From IMG/VR virus record IMGVR_UViG_3300020045_006302, positions 20,697 through 84,696 of that record: DNA of 64,000 nucleotides, one strand, 5' to 3'. The notes under the pieces were generated by a model. That model was not told the DNA's origin and did no database searches. It was given only the letters and a program-made list of their open reading frames with translations. The stretch comes from a virus. Taxonomy: Duplodnaviria; Caudoviricetes. The number at the start of each line of letters is the position of its first letter. Positions within the stretch are counted from its first letter, which is position 1. Positions 19,814 through 27,838 of this stretch are shown here, in pieces. The position numbers and the translations under genes are program-made.

Positions 19814-20392
19814 ATGAAAACTACACGTGTAATCACAGATGTAAAATTAATTGACCGTAATGTTAAACGTGCTATTGTTGTCCTATCATTGGATGGACAT
19901 GCAGATGTAGTACGAACTACAGACCAAATGTTAATAGACTTCCAAAATAGTCTATTAATACGAGATGTACGTAGTACTGAAGACCCTCGTTTTGTAAAAG
20001 CATTACGTAGTCTTAAAGGAGCAAAACTAACAGGAGATTTGCAACCTCGTAAAGCAGGAGAAAGCTATACGATTGATGCTACACATCCTGATGTTGTTGC
20101 TGGTAAAGCTAAAGCAGGCGAAAAACGTATTGCTGAAAAAGATGGTGTATGGGTTGAGGGATTTCTTTCCATAGAAGAAAGCCTACAAACTCAAATGGTA
20201 AATGCAGAAGCAGAAGCTTGGGCAGAAAAACGAGCACAAATACTAAATCTTAGTAATATGTTTGGCTCATTTAATGCTACTACAGCTGCTGCACCTGTTG
20301 AGCCTGAAAATGTGTATGTTCCTTCTGAAGAAGTTCCTTCTGAAGAGCAGGAAATACTCGACGAAGTGCTTGGTAATGGTAAACCTGCATAA
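19814..20392 (+). CDS. Hypothetical protein with acidic tail, probably highly expressed
   Basis: ATG at 19814 preferred to the TTG at 19790; frequent CGT/GCT codons; own strong terminator. Confidence 0.65.
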   Translation: MKTTRVITDVKLIDRNVKRAIVVLSLDGHADVVRTTDQMLIDFQNSLLIRDVRSTEDPRFVKALRSLKGAKLTGDLQPRKAGESYTIDATHPDVVAGKAKAGEKRIAEKDGVWVEGFLSIEESLQTQMVNAEAEAWAEKRAQILNLSNMFGSFNATTAAAPVEPENVYVPSEEVPSEEQEILDEVLGNGKPA

Positions 20393-20407
20393 CGTAACAA
20401 CCTAACT

Positions 20408-20448
20408 TGCATTGCGGTTCCTACACGGAGCCGTGATGCATTTTATTT
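20408..20448 (+). terminator. Rho-independent terminator
   Basis: TGCATTGCGGTTCC-TACAC-GGAGCCGTGATGCA stem with G-U pairs, then TTTTATTT. Confidence 0.85.
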
Positions 20449-20492
20449 ACCTAATTAATTCAGATTTCTAAACTACACAATTAATATAAATT

Positions 20493-20678
20493 ATGCAATC
20501 ATTTAAAAATATACTTGCAGTAATACTTCTCATACTTGCAACTACTATACTTCTTTCAGACTTCCAAGATGATAATATATTACATTATATATTAATGCTT
20601 CTAACCACTAAAGCAATAGGAGTATTATTAGCAATTAAAGCAATAAAAACTTATAAACCTCAACCAAATGATAAATAG
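20493..20678 (+). CDS. Small two-helix membrane protein
   Basis: Two hydrophobic stretches in 61 aa. Confidence 0.5.
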   Translation: MQSFKNILAVILLILATTILLSDFQDDNILHYILMLLTTKAIGVLLAIKAIKTYKPQPNDK

Positions 20679-21153
20679 CGAAACAATATTTACATTCATA
20701 GTAATATTATCTGTATTAACAATAGCAGTAATATGTTTACTTACATATGTAATTAATACAGTAATTACAAATGATGTTAAAAATGAAGAGAATTATAAAT
20801 CTCTTAAAGAACAATTAAATGAATTAAGAAATTCAAATAATATTATACTTCAATACTTTAAAAAATTAAATAATAAAGAACCTTTATTTACTGTAGAAGA
20901 AGTAGAATTTATACCTTTAAAAGTAATATTAAAAGGTAATAAAGAAAGAATTAAAATAATTGCAGACCTGTATGATAAAGTAGAATATGGAGAATTTAAA
21001 ATATTAGACCGTATATTACTACATGGAATGTCTACAAAAGAATTTGAACATAAATTATATCAAATAGAAGAATATTTTAAAAAATCTCTTATATATGATA
21101 AAGATTTTTACACATCATTAACACAAGAACAATTAAAAGATTTAAAATTATGA
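20668..21153 (+). CDS. Membrane-anchored coiled-coil protein
   Basis: N-terminal TM helix followed by a coil. Confidence 0.55.
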   Translation: MINSETIFTFIVILSVLTIAVICLLTYVINTVITNDVKNEENYKSLKEQLNELRNSNNIILQYFKKLNNKEPLFTVEEVEFIPLKVILKGNKERIKIIADLYDKVEYGEFKILDRILLHGMSTKEFEHKLYQIEEYFKKSLIYDKDFYTSLTQEQLKDLKL

Positions 21154-21764
21154 AAACAATAATACGTTTAGTAGCATCATTAATTACAATTATAGTAATA
21201 TCATTAATAGCACATTACGATAATGAAGAAATTGCAGTAATATTAGGAGGAAGTGGATTTGCATTAGTATGTTTTCTGTTTATATTAGAAGATAGTATAA
21301 TAGAATGGTTTCATAATATTAAAACTGATGAAGAATTAGGATTTAGTAATGAAATTCAAGATTATGGTCCTAAAGAAATGCCTATTAATAATATTCAGAA
21401 AGAATATAATGATAATAAAGTAAAAACTTTAGAAGATAAAGATTATGATTTACCTTATAATACTAATGAAAGTAAAGAAATACCAGTATCAGAAGAATTT
21501 AATTCATATTTTCCTAAATTTCCTAAAGAAGGATTAAAAGTTATTAAAATTTCTATTGAAAAAGGTAAAGATTTTCATAAATATAAAATGTTTAAAGGAT
21601 TAGTAGGAGTAACATTAGGGCAATTTAAAAATAATTGTGTTATTAAATTTCCTACAGAAGATAATAATATAGTTTATAAAGATGTATATCAAGTAGGATT
21701 TGTAAAAGTAAAAGAAAGTGAAAAAAGGATAGAAATTGAAATAAGTAATGAGATAATAGAGTAA
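21150..21764 (+). CDS. Membrane protein (2 N-terminal TM helices, soluble C-terminus)
   Basis: Hydrophobic segments at about residues 3-22 and 28-46. Confidence 0.55.
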   Translation: MKTIIRLVASLITIIVISLIAHYDNEEIAVILGGSGFALVCFLFILEDSIIEWFHNIKTDEELGFSNEIQDYGPKEMPINNIQKEYNDNKVKTLEDKDYDLPYNTNESKEIPVSEEFNSYFPKFPKEGLKVIKISIEKGKDFHKYKMFKGLVGVTLGQFKNNCVIKFPTEDNNIVYKDVYQVGFVKVKESEKRIEIEISNEIIE

Positions 21765-22410
21765 AATGTTGTTGTAGATAATTAAATTTTACTAATTTAT
21801 TATGAAAGTAGGAGTGGATAAGTAGACTCAAGATAATAATACGTACGCCAACACGTTATTCCTTATCCTCTACATAATTCTACTCCTACACATTCATACA
21901 CAACTCAAATAATACTACAATTCTCACATTTACACAATTCTCACAATAATTCAAAATTACTTCAAATTCTTCAAATTTTTAATAAAATTAAATCACAACC
22001 TACAACAATGCAATCAAAATACCCTAAAATACTCAATAAACTAAAATAAAAATAATACGAAAATCACTACAATAATACAAATTTACACATAATCCAAAAT
22101 AATACTTAAATTATTAAAAATTCTTTAAGTTTTTAAGGTTTAGCTTCACTCATTTCCAATAAACCTACAAATAAACCAATAATACTAAAATAAAATACAA
22201 TAATGTAAGTAAAATTCAATATTGATTTTAAAGCCCTCTAAAGGCTCAATTTTCCTAAAATATATCAATACTCATACATAAATTTCCAATTCCGCATAAT
22301 CATCCTGTGTCCTTATATTAAGGTATCAGCCGGTATGCGTAAATTGTTAAAAATTTATAACATATTAATAATCAACATATTATAAAATAGTAAATAAAAT
22401 AATAAATAAA
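21765..22410 (+). other. Non-coding G-depleted tract with flanking hairpins
   Basis: No G in 21856-22009 and only two G in 21856-22128; no ORF. Confidence 0.7.
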
Positions 22411-22707
22411 ATGAATACAACAATAGCACAACAAGAATTAAATAAACTTAAAGATAACGTAATAGGTTTATATAAAGAAAATGATACATATTCATTAGTA
22501 ACTGCAACATATACTAATTCACAAGTAATAAAATATACTAATTCAGATTTAACTTTTGATTGTATTAATATAACTAATTTTGGTATTATACAAGAAGAAT
22601 ACAATAGACCAAATAGAGGAATATTAAAACTATTTCCTGATAATAAAAATATGATACAAATGTTAGAATCTATTACAGATTGGTATAATTTTATAATGGA
22701 ATTTTAA
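22411..22707 (+). CDS. Hypothetical protein
   Basis: First ORF of the long rightward operon. Confidence 0.55.
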   Translation: MNTTIAQQELNKLKDNVIGLYKENDTYSLVTATYTNSQVIKYTNSDLTFDCINITNFGIIQEEYNRPNRGILKLFPDNKNMIQMLESITDWYNFIMEF

Positions 22708-22719
22708 ATAGTAATTAAA

Positions 22720-22941
22720 ATGGCAAAAGATACATATTCAATAGTACAATCTAATATGATTACTAATAAAGATTATACTCCTTATTGTGGTAATGTAAAA
22801 CCTTATTATAATTCAAAAGCCTCTTGTAATAATCCAAGAACATATTGGAATGGAGAACAAATGCAATGTCCTAATTGTGGATGGATTTCTAAATTTACAG
22901 AAGAATTTATAAAAGAATACAAAGAGAAACATAACCTATAA
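22720..22941 (+). CDS. Small Cys-rich (probable zinc-binding) protein
   Basis: PYCGN..CNNPR..CPNCGW. Confidence 0.55.
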   Translation: MAKDTYSIVQSNMITNKDYTPYCGNVKPYYNSKASCNNPRTYWNGEQMQCPNCGWISKFTEEFIKEYKEKHNL

Positions 22942-22955
22942 TAAAATATACAACA

Positions 22956-23270
22956 ATGAATACACCTGAATCATTAAAAGAATTTAAAGCAAAAATAAAT
23001 TCTTTCTATTTAATTATAGAACCTATTGTAAAACATTTTAATAATCCTCAAGAAGAAACAATATTAGTATTACTTCAAAATTTAGGTTTTGATGGAGATA
23101 CTTGTATGAATTATTCATTTGAAGTAGAACAAAAAAGAAGTTTAAATATAATAGAAGCAATACAAAAAGTTGCTGTATATTATGATTATCATTTACTAAA
23201 TTGGATTGTACAAGAAATTCAACATTTAGAAGTAGAAATATATCATTCTGATTTTTTAGAAGAAATTTAA
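22956..23270 (+). CDS. Hypothetical protein
   Basis: Co-oriented packed ORF. Confidence 0.5.
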   Translation: MNTPESLKEFKAKINSFYLIIEPIVKHFNNPQEETILVLLQNLGFDGDTCMNYSFEVEQKRSLNIIEAIQKVAVYYDYHLLNWIVQEIQHLEVEIYHSDFLEEI

Positions 23271-23279
23271 ATATTACTT

Positions 23280-23549
23280 ATGAATAATTTTACTAAAGAA
23301 TGGCTTACATCAACATTAGCACCAGATTCTATTAGGAACATAAAAACAACTGAAAAGCAATATTTAGATTTAATTAAAAATGAAGATAATACTATACATA
23401 TTATGGTAGTTTCTAATGATGAAAAAGTATTAGCAATAGGAGAAAGTTTTGATAGTATATTAAAATCAAAACAATATACTTATATAGAAGCTATAAAAGA
23501 AGTAGCAAGATTATTAAATATTACTAATATATCAATAACAAAATCTTAA
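23280..23549 (+). CDS. Hypothetical protein
   Basis: Co-oriented packed ORF. Confidence 0.5.
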   Translation: MNNFTKEWLTSTLAPDSIRNIKTTEKQYLDLIKNEDNTIHIMVVSNDEKVLAIGESFDSILKSKQYTYIEAIKEVARLLNITNISITKS

Positions 23550-23715
23550 ATGAAAGAATTAACTATAGGAAAACTAATATATACTATAATTTTTGTAGTA
23601 TATATTAGGTGGTTAATAAAAGAATTTAATAATAAAGATAAAATCAAATGATAGCAATATCCACAAATTACTACGACAAAAACGGAAATAATATAACAAT
23701 TAATATATTTAAAAT

Positions 23716-23997
23716 ATGCAAATAATTTACATAATTATACTATTAATATGTGGTATATATTTAATAATAGAAGGAGATAAAAAATCTACTCCTTATTTAT
23801 TTGTAATAGGAGGTATATTTACTGCTGCTTCTATTATAGGAACTTGTATATATGTAGATAAAACATATATAAAAGATAAACCTAAATACGAAATTCAATT
23901 ATTAAATCAAACAGATGTAATAATTAAAACAGAAACACAATTAGATACTATTAAATTTGATAGTATAAATAATTATATATTAAAAGATAATTTATAA
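23716..23997 (+). CDS. Small membrane protein
   Basis: Two hydrophobic helices, then QTDVIIK..DTIKF like 26992..27210. Confidence 0.5.
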   Translation: MQIIYIIILLICGIYLIIEGDKKSTPYLFVIGGIFTAASIIGTCIYVDKTYIKDKPKYEIQLLNQTDVIIKTETQLDTIKFDSINNYILKDNL

Positions 23998-24269
23998 TGA
24001 AAGCAAGTTACGTTAAAAAACCAATAATAATTGAAGCTATTCAATGGAATGGTACTTCTAAATCTCATAAAGAACTTAATGATTTTATAGGAGAAGACTT
24101 AAAAACAAGTAATGGACATACTACTAAATTATTAATTCCTACTTTAGAAGGAATTATGGAAGCTTCTGTAGGAGATTTTATTATTAAAGGTATAAAAGGA
24201 GAATTCTATCCATGTAAACCTGATATATTTAATGATTCTTATGAACTTGTAGAACTTTTAAATTTATAA
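23997..24269 (+). CDS. PTLEG/PGDYG-like small phage protein
   Basis: YVKKPIIIEAIQW..IPTLEG..GDFIIKGIKGEFYPCKPDIF..SYE family signature. Confidence 0.7.
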   Translation: MKASYVKKPIIIEAIQWNGTSKSHKELNDFIGEDLKTSNGHTTKLLIPTLEGIMEASVGDFIIKGIKGEFYPCKPDIFNDSYELVELLNL

Positions 24270-24472
24270 TAAATAAAACTTAAATTAAAATGTTAACAAC
24301 AATAATATTCTTCCTATCATTACTATCATCAATATTATTACTAATTATTGTATCAACAATTGATAATTATAATATATCAAATAAAATACAAGATATAATA
24401 GTACTAATTACAGCATTAATAACTGCATTCTTATGGAGTTATTTATATTACTTATCACATTAAATAAAAAAT

Positions 24473-24721
24473 ATGAAAAAAATATACTGTGAATTACATT
24501 TAGATTTTCTAAATACATTAATAAATAATACAGATGTTAAACATGAAGTAATAACAAATACAACTACTATAAGATATTTAGTATTAGTTACATTTCATGA
24601 AGAACAAGATGTAAAAGATTTTATAGAAATAAAAGATACTTTTAAAAAACAATATAATTTAAAAACTTCTAATAATATGTATTATAATATACATGATAAA
24701 GTAGAAACTATATTTAATTAA
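24473..24721 (+). CDS. Hypothetical protein
   Basis: Co-oriented ORF. Confidence 0.45.
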   Translation: MKKIYCELHLDFLNTLINNTDVKHEVITNTTTIRYLVLVTFHEEQDVKDFIEIKDTFKKQYNLKTSNNMYYNIHDKVETIFN

Positions 24722-24776
24722 TTAAAATAATATACTAATTAAACATTGAAATAATCATCACTTAAAAATATCAAAT

Positions 24777-25271
24777 ATGTCAACAACAAAACAAGCAGTA
24801 ATATCATTAGAAACTGCAAAAGAAGCTTATAAATCAGGTTCAAATCTATTAGTAAAATTTGCATTAGGTAATTTTACAAAAGAAGAATTAGAAGAAGTAG
24901 AATTGCCTAATAAATGGGAGGATTTAGATTATATTAAAGGATTTTATGTAGATAGTATGTCTATAATTAAACCGTATTCTCAACCTACTTCAAATGCAGG
25001 TAAAAATACATTTCCTACTAAAGAATATGCAGAAGCAGCTTTAGCATTATCTCAATTACTTCAACTAAGGCAAGTATATATAGGAGATTGGGTTCCTGAT
25101 TATAAAAGTGAAGGATATACTGTATATTCAATTTATGTATATAAATGTAAATTAGATACAGGAGTATTTGTAAATACACAACATATATTAAGTTTTCCTA
25201 CATCAGAATTAAGAGATAAATTCTATAATAGTTTTAAAGATTTATTAGAAATAGCAAAACCATTATTATAA
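24777..25271 (+). CDS. Hypothetical protein of a family common in Bacteroidota phages
   Basis: LP.KWEDL..IKGFYV..FPTKEYAEAALALSQLLQLR..GDWVPD..LSFPT.ELRDKF pattern. Confidence 0.55.
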   Translation: MSTTKQAVISLETAKEAYKSGSNLLVKFALGNFTKEELEEVELPNKWEDLDYIKGFYVDSMSIIKPYSQPTSNAGKNTFPTKEYAEAALALSQLLQLRQVYIGDWVPDYKSEGYTVYSIYVYKCKLDTGVFVNTQHILSFPTSELRDKFYNSFKDLLEIAKPLL

Positions 25272-25453
25272 TGAAAAATTCAATACAAGCAATGTTAATA
25301 TGTATTATATCAGCAATAATATTATATTTACTTCTACTATATCAATTTAAATTAGAAGAAAATTTAGCACAATTAATTACATTTCTATACTATATTATAA
25401 GAATAGAAATAAAAGAAGTTCAATATGATATCCAAGATATTAAAAAGAAATAG
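25271..25453 (+). CDS. Small membrane protein
   Basis: 60 aa, hydrophobic; its TAG stop overlaps the first base of the ribozyme. Confidence 0.5.
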   Translation: MKNSIQAMLICIISAIILYLLLLYQFKLEENLAQLITFLYYIIRIEIKEVQYDIQDIKKK

Positions 25454-25517
25454 CCGAAATACCTATTAATTTAGGTATCTTACAGAGATAATCTACTGTA
25501 ACTGATGAGGCAGATTA
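25453..25517 (+). ncRNA. Type II hammerhead ribozyme
   Basis: GCC-GAAA-UACCU/AGGUA-UC (cleavage after 25479)-UUACAG/CUGUAA-CUGAUGA-GGC; full catalytic core; loop I UAAUCU (25489-94) can pair with the 3' tail AGAUUA (25512-17). Confidence 0.9.
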
Positions 25518-25539
25518 ATTAACAATTAAATATAATAAT

Positions 25540-25827
25540 ATGAGTAAATTATACACAGAAGAAAAAGTAAAAGAATTATTAACATCTTTATTATTTAAAA
25601 GTCCTTCGATGGTATTTTTATATCCTGATGAAACTGTAAATGATATTGATTATAAAGGTATGTTTGGTTTTAATAATTGGATTAAAGATAATCTAAATAA
25701 TGAAAATCAAAATTCAGATATAAAAGAACATCTACAATTTATATATCAACGTATGAGATTAAATCACGGAGAAAGTTCTAATGTAGATTATATGATTAAA
25801 TTTGAAGAAATAATAAATAACCTTTAA
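25540..25827 (+). CDS. Hypothetical protein
   Basis: Co-oriented ORF after the ribozyme. Confidence 0.5.
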   Translation: MSKLYTEEKVKELLTSLLFKSPSMVFLYPDETVNDIDYKGMFGFNNWIKDNLNNENQNSDIKEHLQFIYQRMRLNHGESSNVDYMIKFEEIINNL

Positions 25828-25839
25828 TATATAAATACA

Positions 25840-26172
25840 ATGTCAGCTACTAAAAATAGAATGCAATGGAATACAACAGAAGATAAAATATTAGAAGAAG
25901 AAATGTTAAAAACTACTTTTAATAAAGAAAGTTATATTATACTTGCAGAAACTTTAAATAGAACAGAAGATTCTGTTAAATCAAGAGCAAGTAAATTAAG
26001 AAGTAAATGGAAATTAAAAGAAGAAATACAAGAAACTTTTAAACCAAAAGAAGTAGATAATAGTAATGATTACGTTATAGTACAAGGTAAAATAAACTTT
26101 GGTGCTATTACTTTAGAAGGAGAATTTACTATTAAAGGTGCTTTTACTATTAAACCTATTAAAAATACATAA
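25840..26172 (+). CDS. Myb/SANT-like HTH protein
   Basis: WNTTEDKIL..LAETLNRTEDSVKSRASKL. Confidence 0.6.
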   Translation: MSATKNRMQWNTTEDKILEEEMLKTTFNKESYIILAETLNRTEDSVKSRASKLRSKWKLKEEIQETFKPKEVDNSNDYVIVQGKINFGAITLEGEFTIKGAFTIKPIKNT

Positions 26173-26184
26173 TAAATTAATTTT

Positions 26185-26241
26185 AGAATAGTAAGAGATA
26201 ATTAATATTAATAATATAATTTCGGAAACTCTTACTATTCT
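26185..26241. repeat. Perfect 13-bp inverted repeat with 31-nt AT-rich spacer
   Basis: AGAATAGTAAGAG (26185-97) / CTCTTACTATTCT (26229-41), intergenic. Confidence 0.75.
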
Positions 26242-26259
26242 TTTAAAATATATAATAAA

Positions 26260-26484
26260 ATGATAAAAAAATCTTTTTTAAAATGGTCAGAATGGCAAAC
26301 AGGATACATAAAGTTTAATAATAATGTACAAATATCATATTCAATATATAGTTGGGCATTACCTATAAATATAGAAATTGCTTCATATATAATATTTATT
26401 GATATATTATGTTTTGGAATAAGTTTTCATACATATAAAAGCCCTTGGAGTAAAAGATATAAAAACAAAAATAAAAACAAATAA
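26260..26484 (+). CDS. Small Trp/aromatic-rich hypothetical protein
   Basis: Co-oriented ORF. Confidence 0.45.
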   Translation: MIKKSFLKWSEWQTGYIKFNNNVQISYSIYSWALPINIEIASYIIFIDILCFGISFHTYKSPWSKRYKNKNKNK

Positions 26485-26486
26485 AC

Positions 26487-26732
26487 ATGAAAAAACTTTA
26501 CATTATTTTACTATTAATAACATTAACAGTAAATGCAAGAGAAAAATTAAGAATACCAAATCCGGTACAAAATGAAATATATGTAGAAAATGCTACATAT
26601 ATTAAAATATTCACATTACAAGGAAGATTAGTATGTGAAATACAATCTAATAAAATAGATGTATCAGGATTAGCTACAGGAATGTATTTTGTAGTAACAA
26701 ATGTAGGAGAATGTACAATAATTAAAAACTAA
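26487..26732 (+). CDS. Signal peptide plus T9SS type-A C-terminal sorting domain, no passenger
   Basis: MKKLYIILLLITLTVNA signal; IPNP..IKIFTLQGRLV..IDVSGLATGMYFV..IIKN matches the Por secretion tail consensus. Confidence 0.8.
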   Translation: MKKLYIILLLITLTVNAREKLRIPNPVQNEIYVENATYIKIFTLQGRLVCEIQSNKIDVSGLATGMYFVVTNVGECTIIKN

Positions 26733-26734
26733 TT

Positions 26735-26992
26735 ATGGACAATAAATTAAAAGTTTGGGAAATACTTCAAAATTTAATAAAAATAAATTTTAAATTATAT
26801 GAAACTTTAATAGATAATTATGCTTATTATTTTGATAAAGTTAGTAAATTAGCCGAAAGAGATTATAATTCTTATCGGGAAACTACAGAAGATTTAGGAG
26901 AAATATTAGTAAATTTTGATTATAAAGAAATACTAAAAGAAGATGATAAATTTTTAGAAGAATTTGAAAAACTAATAAAAATGATTAAATAA
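26735..26992 (+). CDS. Hypothetical protein
   Basis: Co-oriented ORF. Confidence 0.45.
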   Translation: MDNKLKVWEILQNLIKINFKLYETLIDNYAYYFDKVSKLAERDYNSYRETTEDLGEILVNFDYKEILKEDDKFLEEFEKLIKMIK

Positions 26993-27210
26993 TGAAAAAT
27001 AATTTACACATTCCAATATTTATAATAATAGGTATATTATATCTATCATTTATTCCTATTAAAACAGGAAATAGACAAATAGAATTTCCTGAAGAAATAG
27101 GATTAATACAAAAAGGAGATACAATAGTAATACATAGAAATAATGGAAACATTAAAATAGAATATTATCGTAAACCTGTAATAGATGGGACTTTATATAT
27201 AGTAAAATGA
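26992..27210 (+). CDS. Small membrane-anchored protein
   Basis: N-terminal TM helix; GDTIVI motif. Confidence 0.45.
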   Translation: MKNNLHIPIFIIIGILYLSFIPIKTGNRQIEFPEEIGLIQKGDTIVIHRNNGNIKIEYYRKPVIDGTLYIVK

Positions 27211-27518
27211 ATATCTCTATTCAATATACTCAGTACAAAAATAATATATATAGAGGAACTGTATTTGAATTAATAGATATATTAGAAAATAATTATTTTT
27301 CTATATACGAAAGTGATGATAAATCTACTTTATATTTAAAAGATAGTAAAGAAAATAAAACTTATGAATCTTTATATAGAAATGTAATATATTGTAGAAA
27401 ACATAAAAAACAATATGCAAAAGGTACATTAGATATGTATCATTATACAATTTGGCAATTAGCTAAAAAGAGTGAAAGACTAAAAGATTTACTTAAACAA
27501 TTTAATAATTATACTTAA
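27207..27518 (+). CDS. Hypothetical protein
   Basis: Co-oriented ORF. Confidence 0.45.
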   Translation: MNISIQYTQYKNNIYRGTVFELIDILENNYFSIYESDDKSTLYLKDSKENKTYESLYRNVIYCRKHKKQYAKGTLDMYHYTIWQLAKKSERLKDLLKQFNNYT

Positions 27519-27524
27519 TTAAAA

Positions 27525-27674
27525 ATGAAACCAAGAATTACAACAGGAAAATTAGTAACATCAACTAATCCAATAACAAGAAGTTTATCTTCAAGATTTA
27601 ATATAGAAGTACGATATACTCAATCGTATCGTACAATAGAAAGAACTTATAAAGATGTAGACTTTAAATGTTAA
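27525..27674 (+). CDS. 49-aa basic peptide (below the ORF track cutoff)
   Basis: MKPRITTGKLVTSTNPITRSLSSRFNIEVRYTQSYRTIERTYKDVDFKC, A-rich start context. Confidence 0.4.
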   Translation: MKPRITTGKLVTSTNPITRSLSSRFNIEVRYTQSYRTIERTYKDVDFKC

Positions 27675-27702
27675 ATCCGGCTTAAAACTGGATTTTATTT
27701 TT
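27673..27702 (+). terminator. Rho-independent terminator
   Basis: AAATCCGG-CTTAAAA-CTGGATTT, then TATTTTT. Confidence 0.65.
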
Positions 27703-27709
27703 ATCTTTG
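27702..27709 (+). promoter_or_regulatory. Bacteroidota sigma-A -7 element (TAnnTTTG)
   Basis: TATCTTTG(CA) right after a terminator; no clear -33 TTG. Confidence 0.45.
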
Positions 27710-27838
27710 CAACTGGTTAGTAATAGGCACATTGAGTGCTGAAATTGGGCATGTGAGCCATTAATTTGGTCGTAGTATAGTTAGGTGTGGTTATTTAATT
27801 TGCTTGCCTTACATCGAAGATTTTAGCATTCTTTATGC

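Noticed and set aside
22291-22340. Twister, pistol or HDV-like identity for this hairpin (starts CCGCAUAA)
   Set aside because: Lacks the twister P4 loop and 3' GAGGG-type pseudoknot partners, and has no P2 partner for an HDV fold; kept only as an unassigned structure
25625-25631. CTGATGA in ORF 25540 as a second hammerhead
   Set aside because: No flanking stems or correctly placed GAAA; it simply encodes PDE
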